This document shows positions 1 to 11,208 of a stretch of 52,215 nucleotides of DNA, in pieces. The notes under the pieces are model-generated. The model ran no database searches, was not told where the DNA came from, and saw only the letters and a program-made list of their open reading frames with translations. A program made the position numbers and the translations under genes. Origin of the DNA: Catajapyx aquilonaris (taxonomy: Eukaryota); the NCBI GenBank assembly GCA_000934665.2, contig KZ538710.1, positions 1 through 52,215 of the forward strand, given 5' to 3'. Position 1 is the stretch's first letter. Every line of letters begins with the position of its first letter.

Positions 1-99
1 TGTGGAGGATTTTCACCTCTATGGCCATTATTCTAAGCTGGATTCTGATATTAAGTTGCTTGTTTTTTTTTTTTTTTTTTTAAAAAGGCGAAATCTAAT

Positions 100-1075
100 A
101 TTTGTCACAACTGCTTAAATAACGGTTTCAAAGTAACTGATAGGTAAAACTGTTCTTAGACAACTGATATACGTACATAGGCTACAAAAGTTCTAAGACA
201 ATTGATACGTACAGTACATAGGCTACAACGGTTCTAAGACAACTGATACGTACAGTAGCCTACATAGGCTACAACGGTTCTAAGACAACTGATAAAAATA
301 AAGGTTCCAAAACTGACTAATGTCGGTTATAAATAACTGACAGAATGATTTGAGGGTTCGAAATAATAGCTGATAAAAACATAACATATGCTACATATAA
401 CTGCTACTTACAACAGGTCAAAATAACTAATAATTATGACCGCCACAAAATAACTAATAAAATAACAGTTCTAATATAACTTACAAAATGCCTATTTCAA
501 AATAGCTGATTAACATATTGGTTATAAATAACTGACAAATATATTAGTTAAAAATAGCTGCTAACTGTAACTCTCAAAATACTTGCCAATTATAACGGTC
601 AGAAAATAACTGATAACTATAACGGTCTCTAAATGACTGACAATTATAACAGTCTCTAAATAACTGATAACTATAATTTCCAAAATAACTGACAAAATAT
701 AGGTTCCAAAATAACGGACAAAATATAGGCTCCAAAATAACTGATAAAATGTAGCTGTAATACAACTAATAAAATCTTATACTCAAAGTAACGGTTCCAA
801 GATAACTGATAAAACTAACTGTTCCAAAATAACTGACTAATGTTGGTTACAAATAACTGATTGATACACTGGTTCAAAATAGCTGATAAATGTAACGGCT
901 CCATAATAACTGATTATTATAGCAATCCCAAAATAACTGATAGCTATAACAGGTCAAAAATAGCTGATGAATGTAACGGTTTCATAATAATAACATGATT
1001 ATAGCAGTCCCAAAATAAATGATAAATGTAACAGGTCAAAAATAACTGCTAAATGTGACAGGTCAAAAATAAATT
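100..1075 (+). repeat. Diverged AT-rich tandem repeat (~27-35 bp units, AACTGATAAA...AACGGTTCCAAAAT-like)
   Basis: Recurring AATAACTGA/AACGGTTC motifs about every 30 bp. Units approach the reverse complement of the 27-bp array near 1030-1070. Confidence 0.75.
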
Positions 1076-1085
1076 TATTAGATTA

Positions 1086-1478
1086 GACCTGTCACATTTA
1101 GCAGTTATTTTTGACCTGTCACATTTAGCAGTTATTTTTGACCTGTCACATTTAGCAGTTATTTTTGCCCTGTCACATTTAGCAGTTATTTTTGACCTGT
1201 CACATTTAGCAGTTTTTTTGACCTGTCACATTTAGCAGTTTTTTGACCTGTCACATTTAGCAGTTTTTTTGACCTGTCACATTTAGCAGTTATTTTTGAC
1301 CTGTCACATTTAGCAGTTTTTTTGACCTGTCACATTTAGCAGTTTTTTGACCTGTCACATTTAGCAGTTATTTTTGACCTGTCACATTTAGCAGTTATTT
1401 TTGACCTGTCACATTTAGCAGTTTCTTTGACCTGTTACATTTAGCAGTTATTTTTGACCTGTTACATTTAGCAGTTAT
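1086..1478 (-). repeat. Homogeneous 27-bp minisatellite (GACCTGTCACATTTAGCAGTTATTTTT, ~14-15 copies), inverted relative to the upstream array
   Basis: Units start at 1086, 1113, 1140, 1167, 1194 and onward. The unit is the exact reverse complement of 1038-1064. Confidence 0.95.
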
Positions 1479-1922
1479 TGTGGTATTATAACGGTCACAG
1501 TATGGTGAGCCAAGCCAGGCTAATTTTTTGAGGTGTCAAGTAAAGACCTTCGAAGACTGTATGATAATATCATGTAACTTACAAGACGTATAAGTGACTG
1601 TATACAGACGATGTTCATTTCAGTGGCTGGATTGGAGGGGGGAGGGGAAGAGAGATGGATAAATGGATTGTTCACACCAGCAACTGATGCCAGTCGTGTT
1701 GTATAGAAAAAGAGGCAAAATCATGAGCATTCTTTGTGGGGTAAAAAGCAAAAGCAGTCGAAAAAGCAGCTTCCGGAATGTAATGAAGGTGCTTTTGGGA
1801 CAGCACGGAGGGGGGCAACTTTTCTGCTCGCACGACTCCTTTCTTTTCCACTCGGAATCCTTCATTCGTCACGCTCCTCCTCGCCCCTTTCGATCCAAAT
1901 ACTATGAAGGAAAGGGAGAAGG

Positions 1923-1958
1923 GAAGAAGAAGAAGAAGAAGAAGAAGAAGAAGAAGAA

Positions 1959-1980
<22 letters not shown>
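1923..1980 (+). repeat. (GAA)n microsatellite
   Basis: Direct inspection; explains the poly-K/R/L ORFs in the track. Confidence 0.98.
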
Positions 1981-1989
<9 letters not shown>

Positions 1990-2634
1990 GTGTATAGAGA
2001 GAGTGAAGAAGGAAGAAGTCTCTCTGTCCTTTATATCGACCTTTTCCACGCTGCGTACACGCGGGGAGGTTGCACCACTTTTAATGATTGCACTGCTGAG
2101 TGTATGGAGTCCTCCAACGAAAGATTTATTTGGGGAGTCTCATCAGACATTATTATGCAAATTGGTGGTGAAAAAGAAGCGCCCACATGCAGCCATCAAA
2201 AGGTGGTCAGATCACTTTCCATCTTAAAAATTGATCGAATATTTCATACCCATTTTGTTGTCGCCCATTCTCACGATCACTTCATGTTTCGTACCCGTTT
2301 TATACCCGTTACATTTTAAGTCTATCTCAGCTACATATAGGCTTATATAGTCAGTAATGGTGATGCACTGTGAAGTGCGCGGCACATCATTAACAGCAGT
2401 AAAACAACCAAAAAAAACAAGATTTTCCAGAGCTTTTGCGCCATGTCATTTTAGGACAATTAAAACTATGGTAATGCGGTATTAATTAATATACTAGTGT
2501 TGTAATTGCTTTTGCCAACGCACTTGAGATAATGAAATATGCTCCTAGTGGGGACACATCGCTGCCAGAGAAAAATATGCTTTACGAGGGGACGTCATAC
2601 AGGCAGTCCTAACTGCATGATCCTTTTAATGATG

Positions 2635-2636
<2 letters not shown>

Positions 2637-2686
<50 letters not shown>

Positions 2687-2706
2687 GTAATAATAATAAT
2701 AATAAT
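2637..2706 (+). repeat. (AAT)n microsatellite
   Basis: Direct inspection. Confidence 0.98.
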
Positions 2707-3814
2707 ATCTACAAACATGTAGTTATGCAATCAATATTTTGCACTGTTGTTGTTACAGTTATACGACTCTTTAATTAATTACGATCAATTAGTCTATTGT
2801 TCAACAATTTTCATTTCACTTTCGTCCTGTAATATTAAAGTGCAGCTGTTAGCCTGTAATATATGTTTTAAATTAGTAGGATTCTGGTTGTTTGGCTATT
2901 TGTTGTTTATACGTATACTACAGTAATATGAAAATTTCTCCATGTGATTTTTTGCCTTAATATATTACATTTTACGTTACTTTATATGTACATTGGTAAC
3001 TGTTGTATACAAATATGCATTAGTAACTGTTGCATACATGTATGTAACAGTTAGACTAATGTACATATGAAGTAATATAATAAATTAAATATTGAGACAA
3101 AAAAATCACTTGGAGAAATTTTCATATCACCATATACGTATATATTTCGTCCAAAATTCAAATAATTGTGGCTATCTAAATGGCCAAACAAAAGCTGTGA
3201 AGTGACTAATACTTGAACACTACTGCTTAAACCCAACGTTGTGTAACCTTGCTATTGGCTTCGAGGGTTTATCCTGATTATACAATATATCCTTCTCTCC
3301 AATGCCTATATATACTGGAAGTATAGATCTTGAATTTGGCTGATTTCCTTCGAGAGCTAGCCTAGAGTAATTAATTAATCCTATAGACTTTGCTGCCAGG
3401 AAAAGAAGAAGATGGAAGAAGAAGAAGAAGAAGGATGGTCCAGAGAGCACACTACCAAACTATAGCTAGTTCACAGGGAGCCCACTACTACCATCTGAAT
3501 AGCTGGGTCCAACTAAGCGCCCATTCATGTGGTACGGGTGGGCTGCCTGTGTCTGGCATCCCACATCGATTAATAATCCGCCCAAACACCACATGTGCAG
3601 GTGATAAATGGGCATAAAACTGGTACGAAAACTTAAGACCAAAATTTTTAGCCCCCCCCAAAAATGGGTATGAAATATTCTCAGATGCCACAAAAAAACA
3701 TGACACGAGTCAGGTGGCTGAATGTATGCAATCCAGATGCTGGCCACTGCCGGAAAGACATCATCAATAATGTATACGTTGCAGTAGAGTTCACAAAGTT
3801 TGCAGAAAAAAATA

Positions 3815-3869
3815 CAGGGTGCTTCAGAATAAGCTCAAGAAAATACTCTGGAGGTTACTGACCACCTTG
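3815..3869. mobile_element. Tiny mariner-type MITE remnant
   Basis: TA|CAGGGTG ... CACCTTG|TA termini, matching the ends of the 32393-32643 element. Confidence 0.35.
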
Positions 3870-3882
3870 TATATGGCCCCCC

Positions 3883-3897
3883 NNNNNNNNNNNNNNN
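3883..3897. other. Assembly gap (N run) inside a poly-C tract; similar Ns at 6756 and 34249-34254
   Basis: Ns flanked by C/G homopolymers. Confidence 0.95.
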
Positions 3898-4849
3898 CCC
3901 CCCCCCCCCCGAAAAAATTGTATATGGAAGGAATGGTCTGTGTGTATTAATATTCATATCTGAATGCGAAACTTGATTTATGCATAGCCTCTCTCTGTGT
4001 GTATTTTTTTTTGTTGTTTGCCGACACTCCTCATTCCCACAGGAAAAGCTGGGGGGGAGTCCTGGAGAGTAGTAGTTGCGAAATGCCAATGAGGGAAACA
4101 GGAGTCGTCTGGAATGTAACGCGGCATGTTCCCCTCCGAAACTGTCCGAAGTAAAAACTTTTTTTTCTTTTCTGAGGGAGCGGAAAGTCTAGAGGATTTT
4201 CTCTCCAGGGGCGATCATCACGCGACACGTGTTGAATTTTGTACAACTACAAAGTATATAGTGTGTTGAAGAAAAAACCTCGCTTTTTTAGAAGGCAGAA
4301 TTAAGCCCACTAAAACTGACCAGTTTTCAGTTAAAACTTTAAATTGGATGTTTGTCCGAACTGATAGTATCTTTTTTTATTATTTTAAACATTTTGTTTA
4401 GATATTTGATAAGGGTCGATTAAATTAATTTCCGTAATAATTCACCGCCTGCTTTTTGGAAAACCGGGTGACATTCGCCTCGCGGTTGTCGCTCTTTAAC
4501 TGCAGGCGTTTTAACCTGAACTCACGACGCTTCCTCAAAACCCGGTTTCTCATAGTTAAGAAGCACTTCAACCCACCCCACCCCTTTTCTAGATGAGTAA
4601 TGCTGCTCCTCTCACTTTATAGCCCGGAGGATATACGGGTGACAAAGTTCAGGGCTTCATACCGGCCGTGAAATGCAATTAGGACTTGCTCTGCAGCGCT
4701 TTGGAATGGCCCCTACTGCGTCAGTGGGGTGGTTTTGGGAAACAAAAGCCTGGAGATAAACATGACTTTAATTTCCCCCCTCATCAAAACCATCTTCCAG
4801 TTATAGCACGACTCGTAACCTTATTACCTTGTCTCAAACTAGCTTGATA

Positions 4850-5666
4850 TGATCACGGGCCAATAGGAGCGCAGAGGACGTCAGAGATGCTCAATAGGAA
4901 AGGTTCAGATCACGTGACACATCACGGTCCAATAGGTGCTCGTGACGTTAAGAGGTCAGCCAATAGGAAAGGCTCAGATCACGTGACATCGCGGACCAAT
5001 AGGACCGAGCGTGACGTCAGAAGTGTCAGCCAATAGGAAATGTTCATATCATGTGACATATCACATACCAATAGATAGTACATGACGTCAGAGGCTAGCC
5101 AATGGGAAATAAGGCTCATATCACGTGACATTACGAACCAATAGGATCTCGTGACGTAAGAGGTCAGCCAATAGGAAAGGCTCATATCACGTGACATCAT
5201 CGACCAATAGTAGAGCTCGTGACGTCAGAAGTCAGCCAATAGGAAAGGCTCATATCACGTGATATCATCTACCAATAGGATCTCGTGACGTAAGAGGTCA
5301 GCCAATAGGAAAGGCTCATATCACGTGACATCATCGACCAATAGTAGAGCTCGTGACGTCAGAAGTCAGCCAATAGGAAAGGCTCATATCACGTGACATC
5401 ATCGACCAATAGTAGAGCTCGTGACGTCAGAAGTCAGCCAATAGGAAAGGCTCATATCACGTGATATCATCTACCAATAGGATCTCGTGACGTAAGAGGT
5501 CAGCCAATAGGAAAGGCTCATATCACGTGACATCATCGACCAATAGGATCTCGTGACGTAAGAGGTCAGCCAATAGGAAAGGCTCATATCACGTGACATC
5601 ATCGACCAATAGTAGAGCTCGTGACGTCAGAAGTCAGCCAATAGGAAAGGCTCAGATCACGTGACA
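4850..5666 (+). repeat. Minisatellite of ~66-68 bp dimeric units carrying CCAAT boxes, TCACGTGA E-boxes and TGACGTCA/TGACGTAA CRE-like sites
   Basis: Alternating subunits CCAATAGGAAAGGCTCATATCACGTGACATCATCGA and CCAATAGTAGAGCTCGTGACGTCAGAAGTCAG (or CCAATAGGATCTCGTGACGTAAGAGGTCAG), about 12 dimers. Confidence 0.95.
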
Positions 5667-7079
5667 GCAAAATGGCGACTCCCATTGTACAAACACCATT
5701 TTTTTCTGTGATATCACTTTCCGAATAATTACAACGTCTGACTGTACAGAGTGATTAAAAACTCCGGATCTAATGAACGGGAAAAAATCTGTGCAGTGCT
5801 TTCCTCGTCTGGAGAATTGCAAAAAAAAAAAAAAATTGGCAAAGAAGACTCTGATTGATGAACTGCAGAACTTTTCTCGCCAAGTTGAAGTAGTGCAAAA
5901 AATCCAAGTTGTGTGCAAAAAAAATTGTGGCCAAAAGTGGGCAAAAGCAAGTGGGTAATAACATTAATTCTTCGTTGGTTGTGGTTATTATTCCTACTCA
6001 TTATTCTTCCTTTCTCGGGTTGCCACACAACACAGGAGGAAATGCAGATTTGGCCAATTACGGATTCGAAACTCGCGAATATTTTTTTCTCTCTTCTTTT
6101 TAGCATGCCACATTAATCCTTTGAAATTCCTCCGACAGACGAATCTCTCTCTTTCTCTCTCATCCTGGCTATGCCTGTCAGCTACTTCTTCACTAACTCA
6201 TCCCTCCCAACATTTTCCCCATCTCACATTTCTCGCTCTGGAATCTCGCTTACTTTTTTTTTTGGTATGTCAGCTTTTTTTTTGAAAAGATTTTGGAGCG
6301 AATTTCATTACTTGCTGATATTACGCGCGCAAAAAAAAAAAAGTTTTGGACAAAAATGCGCTCGTTAGAAATTCTTGGGTTTTGCTCATTAGATCCAGTG
6401 CAAATATGCTGATTCATATAGCATGAAATAATCAGATTGGTACATGTTTTAAAAAAGTTTTACTGTGTATACAGGTGTATGTACAAAAAGAAAAGTTTCA
6501 TGGTAGCATCATGGTAGTAACTCATTTTAAAAATATTATTAATAAATACCTGCCTAATATCTGGTTCAAATTCACTCGACTTTATGCTTTTTCATTCAAA
6601 CCTTTTTCCTGGCTATAGGGAAACAAATAGCTTAATTTGCATTGCATGCATGATTAATGGCCCTGTGAATCGCATGGGGAGCTAAACATGGCTTTCATTC
6701 TATCAACAGGCTTCTGTACGGATTCAAAACTCTTTTTTTTGGGGGGGGGGGGGGGNGGGGGGGCAAATTTTCGATAGGCCCCATCCCTCCCTCTCTAACA
6801 TCCAGAACAACAAGCTGGGGCGATCGATGTCTACTACTAACTTTAGGCACAATATTGATTTCAAAGAGAGGGCCAAAGGGTGGAACAGAAATGAAAAAAA
6901 TTTGGTCTGTAAATACACTATTTTTTGGCCCAAGTTTCTAAAAATATCTGTTACTTTGATCCACATTTTTCACATATCGTATTCATGAACCTTCAAGCTG
7001 GCATACACAATTTGGGAAGAAAATTAGCTGCTTCCTTCCGAACGTCAGCTTTGTTTCATCCTGGCATTATTCAACCCAA

Positions 7080-7307
7080 CGTACACATACATATTTCGAA
7101 ACGTATGTCTGTACGTTCCCGATGCAAATCAATACAGAGGCCTCGATATATGCCCCAAGGGGATCATTAGGGGTAGTTTTTAACGGGGAAGGTTTTCAGC
7201 ACATTGAACTTGACCTCCGAGGTCATCTTTAGCCGCAGGAACCCCGGATGTAGCATCGATTCATTCCAAGAATTTAATAACCCGAGCAACGCCAGGTATC
7301 CTCCTAG
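7080..7307 (+). mobile_element. Helitron-like fragment (3' end)
   Basis: CCCGAGCAACGCCAGG imperfect hairpin followed by ...CTAG|T at 7304-7308, resembling a Helitron 3' terminus. The 5' boundary is uncertain. Confidence 0.45.
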
Positions 7308-8037
7308 TTGGCAATAAGAGAGATCAGTTTCATCCTGACATGATGCAACCCAACGAACACGCTTTTGCTTAATGTCAACACATCACTTACGGTCCGCATC
7401 ACACTGCTGCTCTATATCGACTAATTAAATTTAATGCGAATTATACCCGCGCAATTTGTACTTGTTTCCTTCGGCTGCGTGCACTGCGTAGTCAGATTGA
7501 GAATAATGAGCGGCAGTTTCCTCAGGAGAACGTAGTGTTTCCCGGCAGCTCCTCCTTCATCAATTAATCAGTCCTTGAGGAAGAATGGCGGAGATGGGTG
7601 GGATGGGTGGTAGAGGATTCCTGCAGAGAAGAATGGCTGAATTAAGGAGGAAAAATAGGAGATGCTGCTGCATGACGCTCCTACACGGCCATTTTTCACA
7701 GCACTATTTGATGGCCTCGGGAACAACTCCTCCTTCCCCCTCCTCCCCGCAATCTAGTACGTGACTCACCTCCCCAAAAAAACACCCTCTTGACTCTCAC
7801 AAGGAGTTAACACCCCGCCTTCATTTGCATCAAAATTAATCACGTCCCCCCCACCCTTCCCCGACCTTTTTTAAAAAAAGAGGAGGGCAAATTACTATTA
7901 TATCTCACCAGAGAGACATAAACGAAAAAAAGTTACGGTTGCAGTATTTAATTTCTGGGACGGTGATTTAATTACCGTGGTCATAAATAGTGCATTAAAA
8001 GGACAGTGCTTACTACGCGCTGGGTGTGACGTGAAGA

Positions 8038-8173
8038 AAAGTAGTGCGGGATGGCTGGGTGTATTCCTACGCTACGGCGACCAATCATGTTGCTTGGGAC
8101 GAAAGTAGTGCGGCCTGGCTGGGTGTATTCCTACGCTACGGAGGCCAATCACGTTGCTTGGGACGAAAGTAGT
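8038..8173 (+). repeat. 64-bp tandem duplication (~2.1 copies)
   Basis: AAAGTAGTGCGG..GGCTGGGTGTATTCCTACGCTACGG..CCAATCA.GTTGCTTGGGACG at 8038 and 8102; a third unit begins at 8166. Confidence 0.9.
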
Positions 8174-9166
8174 TCTGCTGTGCTCCAGCCAATGAAATTG
8201 AGGTAGGCAGAGGTACCAACTGTATACACACTGCTGATGACCCACCGCGGACAAACAGAGATACAGACAAGTCAGTTTTGAACGCGGTTTGTTCGTTTGT
8301 TTGTTTGTTTATTTATTTATTTTGGTTTGTTTTACCCTAGGTTTTACCAATCCATACTAACACAGCTAATGAGAGTAAGGAACGGTAACACTTTTGAATA
8401 ACACTGTTACAGATCACATTAGCTTGAAAATACCTCTTGCATCACCATGTACGTTAACGAAAATAATTGCTTAATAACAAGCAGCTTAGTCCCAATAAAA
8501 TGTGACATTTCAATCGGAACACGCCGTATATACTCTTCCTTAAGTGACGAATCAAGTTTTTATGGCATCTGCTACTGCAGTACCATCTTCCCAAGCACAA
8601 GTTACAGTACAGTTGGAGGCATCTAAGTAATGGATGAACTACTACTGCTGCTGGTCCCGGATAGAGTTGATCTCTCCCTCCCCCTATCCCTATACGATCC
8701 TTTATGGGAGCCCGAGTCCGCTTCCATCAACCGGTTTCACGATTGGGCAAAGCGGAGGAGAAGGCCGTTTCACCCTATACCAAAACCCCACCCGGGGGCC
8801 TTTCCGGACATATTTATTCCTTCTGCAGGAATAAACCCCGGCAAAAGGGGTTTTCAACCCGGATGCACACACGCCACAAAGCGTCGGTACTAAAAAAGGG
8901 GGGTGTCGCTACCAGCTGGGAGTGTCACCCTAGATATGGTTTCTATACCCGTGTCATGACAGCTGGACCCACATAGTTCTATTCAAAAACATATCGTACA
9001 GTTGGCCCTAAACTGTCATGGCCGCCTATTCATTTTTATACAGAAGCAGTGCATGGCCACGCCATCTATTGCGCGCTCCATTAACCCGAAATGGTCGCCA
9101 GCGCCGTCTGTTAGCGCATACCGGAACCCTAAAGTCCAAAAAATCCCAAATTTGTGGTGTTAAAAC

Positions 9167-9691
9167 GGGATCCGGACTTTTCGCCCCCGGGATATTGGCC
9201 CCCGTGACAATTTCGCCCCCGGCGTATTCGCCCTCGTGACATATTCCACTTAGAAGCATTCGGCTGGGAATTTCTCGAGCCATGAAAATGCCTGATTTAT
9301 GAAATGAAATTTTGCGGTTTTCTGCTTATCTCTCTAAAAAAATAAGAGTTAATTTAACTCTTATTGAGTTTTTTTAACTCTTATTTTTTTAGAGAGTATA
9401 GGTCACAGGGATGGACGTGCGCATTGTGTTGGTGATGCTGTATGGCTTTTTGTTACCGCAAGAGTACTGTCCATTCGTGTGGCCCTGCCAGGCACGGTAC
9501 GTCGCCCGTGCGTGATATTTTTAGTTTTTGCGAAGCGATAGCAGAGCTGGGCGCTTATTGTGGGTTTCTGAATCCGCAACATTTACTGTCACTCTTGTGG
9601 CCCCGCAGGCCAACGATCGTTATTGTGGCTTTGCCCACCACGACGAATATGTCACGGGGGCGAAACGGCGGGGGCTAAAAGTCCGAGACCC
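9167..9691. mobile_element. Non-autonomous DNA transposon with GGG...CCC TIRs, subterminal repeats and 8-bp TSD (Mutator/Merlin-like)
   Basis: Left end GGGATCCGGACTTTTCGCCCCC, right end GGGGGCTAAAAGTCCGAGACCC. Flanking direct repeat GTTAAAAC at 9159-9166 and 9692-9699. Confidence 0.8.
9330..9396. mobile_element. 67-bp mini fold-back nested in the 9167-9691 element
   Basis: Perfect 23-bp inverted arms CTCTCTAAAAAAATAAGAGTTAA / TTAACTCTTATTTTTTTAGAGAG. Confidence 0.65.
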
Positions 9692-9845
9692 GTTAAAACT
9701 GTAAAATGTGTGGCTTTCATACTTTCAATTAAATTAAAAATGGATCATCTGTCAGCTGGTCATGTTTCAGAGCTCTCAGTAGTCCGAAAGTGGGTCAGGT
9801 AGCCCTGACAAGCATACAAACAGGCTCTGCATTTTATATTCAGTA

Positions 9846-10322
9846 CAGTTGAATCCGGATTATAACAGACTTGAATGGACCGCGGAAAAAGTATGTTACA
9901 ACTGAGGTCTGTTATAGCCAAATTGTCGCTTTTTCAACGAATATACGCAAAGTTTTCTGCTTTCCATATAATTATAACCTAGTCTAAAGCGGTACTATCG
10001 GGTTCAATTAGTTCCGACCACTTTATTCGCACAGGCCCCACGATGAGGAGGTGTGTGTGTGAAGGGTTGCTTCAAGACCAGGATAAAGTGGCCGGAACTA
10101 ATTGAACCCGATAGTACTCTAGTAAAACCGGTAAAATGCTGCAAAGCCACTTTGCACAGACGTTCCATAGACCAAGACTATCAATATTTGACCCTCAGCA
10201 CACTGACCTCTGACCTTGTTGGGTCTAATGGTGGCCATTTCAGTGAGTAAAAAATACACATGGCCTTATGGAAGTATATGGTGAGAACGGCATTTCGAGC
10301 CTGTTATATCGGGATTCAATTG
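9846..10322. mobile_element. pogo/Tigger-type MITE with TA TSD
   Basis: TA|CAGTTGAATCCGGATTATAACAG ... CTGTTATATCGGGATTCAATTG|TA imperfect TIRs. Confidence 0.7.
9995..10114. mobile_element. 120-bp Tc1/mariner-type MITE nested in the 9846-10322 element
   Basis: TA|CTATCGGGTTCAATTAGTTCCGACCACTTTAT ... ATAAAGTGGCCGGAACTAATTGAACCCGATAG|TA (one mismatch in ~32 bp). Confidence 0.8.
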
Positions 10323-10896
10323 TATATAGAGATTTTGCTGGTATAGGTGCTACGTCGACTATATTCCGAGGACATCCTGTGACTTGCTGTCACCAACCGG
10401 TAATGAAATGACGCCTCTAAAATGACAGCTGATTAGAAATCCAGGGTGTTAACTCCGGAAAGGTCGTCAGGTTTTGTGAGACAAAATAAGGGGATGAATA
10501 AGGCAGGGGAATGGAGTGGCGAATCCGATTAGCCGAGCGAAACTGAATGCGATCCCTGCGATTGCGAATTACAAGTTTGCCAGTTACCAACCCCCCTTAA
10601 AATTGGGTCTAGAAAAGACTAGTAGGAAGTCTTTTCTCTCTAATATAAAAATCTGCGCGTCATCTACCCTTCAAAAGTCTGACTTTGCAGCTGTTTCCAG
10701 GACCGAATTTATTCCCAATTCTAACCCGAACCGGAGGAACAGCTGCTCAACTTTTTTTCTCTCTCTCTATTTCTTTCTAGATTCAGCCACCACTCACTTT
10801 TCTTTTTCACGTTTCTTCTAACACCCCTTCTTGTCTACATCAGTTTGTTAGGTCAAAATAAATAGTTTGTGCAAAAATTGTACAAATACATTTCAC

Positions 10897-11208
10897 GGGT
10901 AACGGTCATTCCACGGGGCATGGTCATTCCACGGGGACCGGTCATTCCACGGGGACCGGTCATTCCACGGGGACCGGTCATTCCACGGGGACCGGTCATT
11001 CCACGTGGCACGGTCATTCCACGGGGCATGGTCATTCCACGGGGAACGGTCATTCCACGGGGAACGGTCATTCCACGTGGCACGGTCATTCAAACGGGGA
11101 ACGGTCATTCCACGGGGCATGGTCATTCCACGGGGCATGGTCATTCCACGGGGCACGGTAATTCCACGGGGCACGGTCATGCCACGGGGCACGGTCATTC
11201 CACGGTAA
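10897..11208 (+). repeat. 18-bp minisatellite (CGGTCATTCCACGGGGNN, ~17 copies)
   Basis: Direct inspection; produces the VIPRG/MTVPRG repeat ORFs. Confidence 0.95.

Noticed and set aside
1663..2319. 218-aa ORF with poly-Lys (and overlapping poly-Arg/poly-Leu ORFs)
   Set aside because: Kept open by the (GAA)n microsatellite; no recognisable domain or codon bias.
4850..5666. CRISPR-like regular repeats (also 16432, 37770, 50714)
   Set aside because: Intervening sequences are themselves repeated rather than unique spacers; no cas genes; eukaryotic context.
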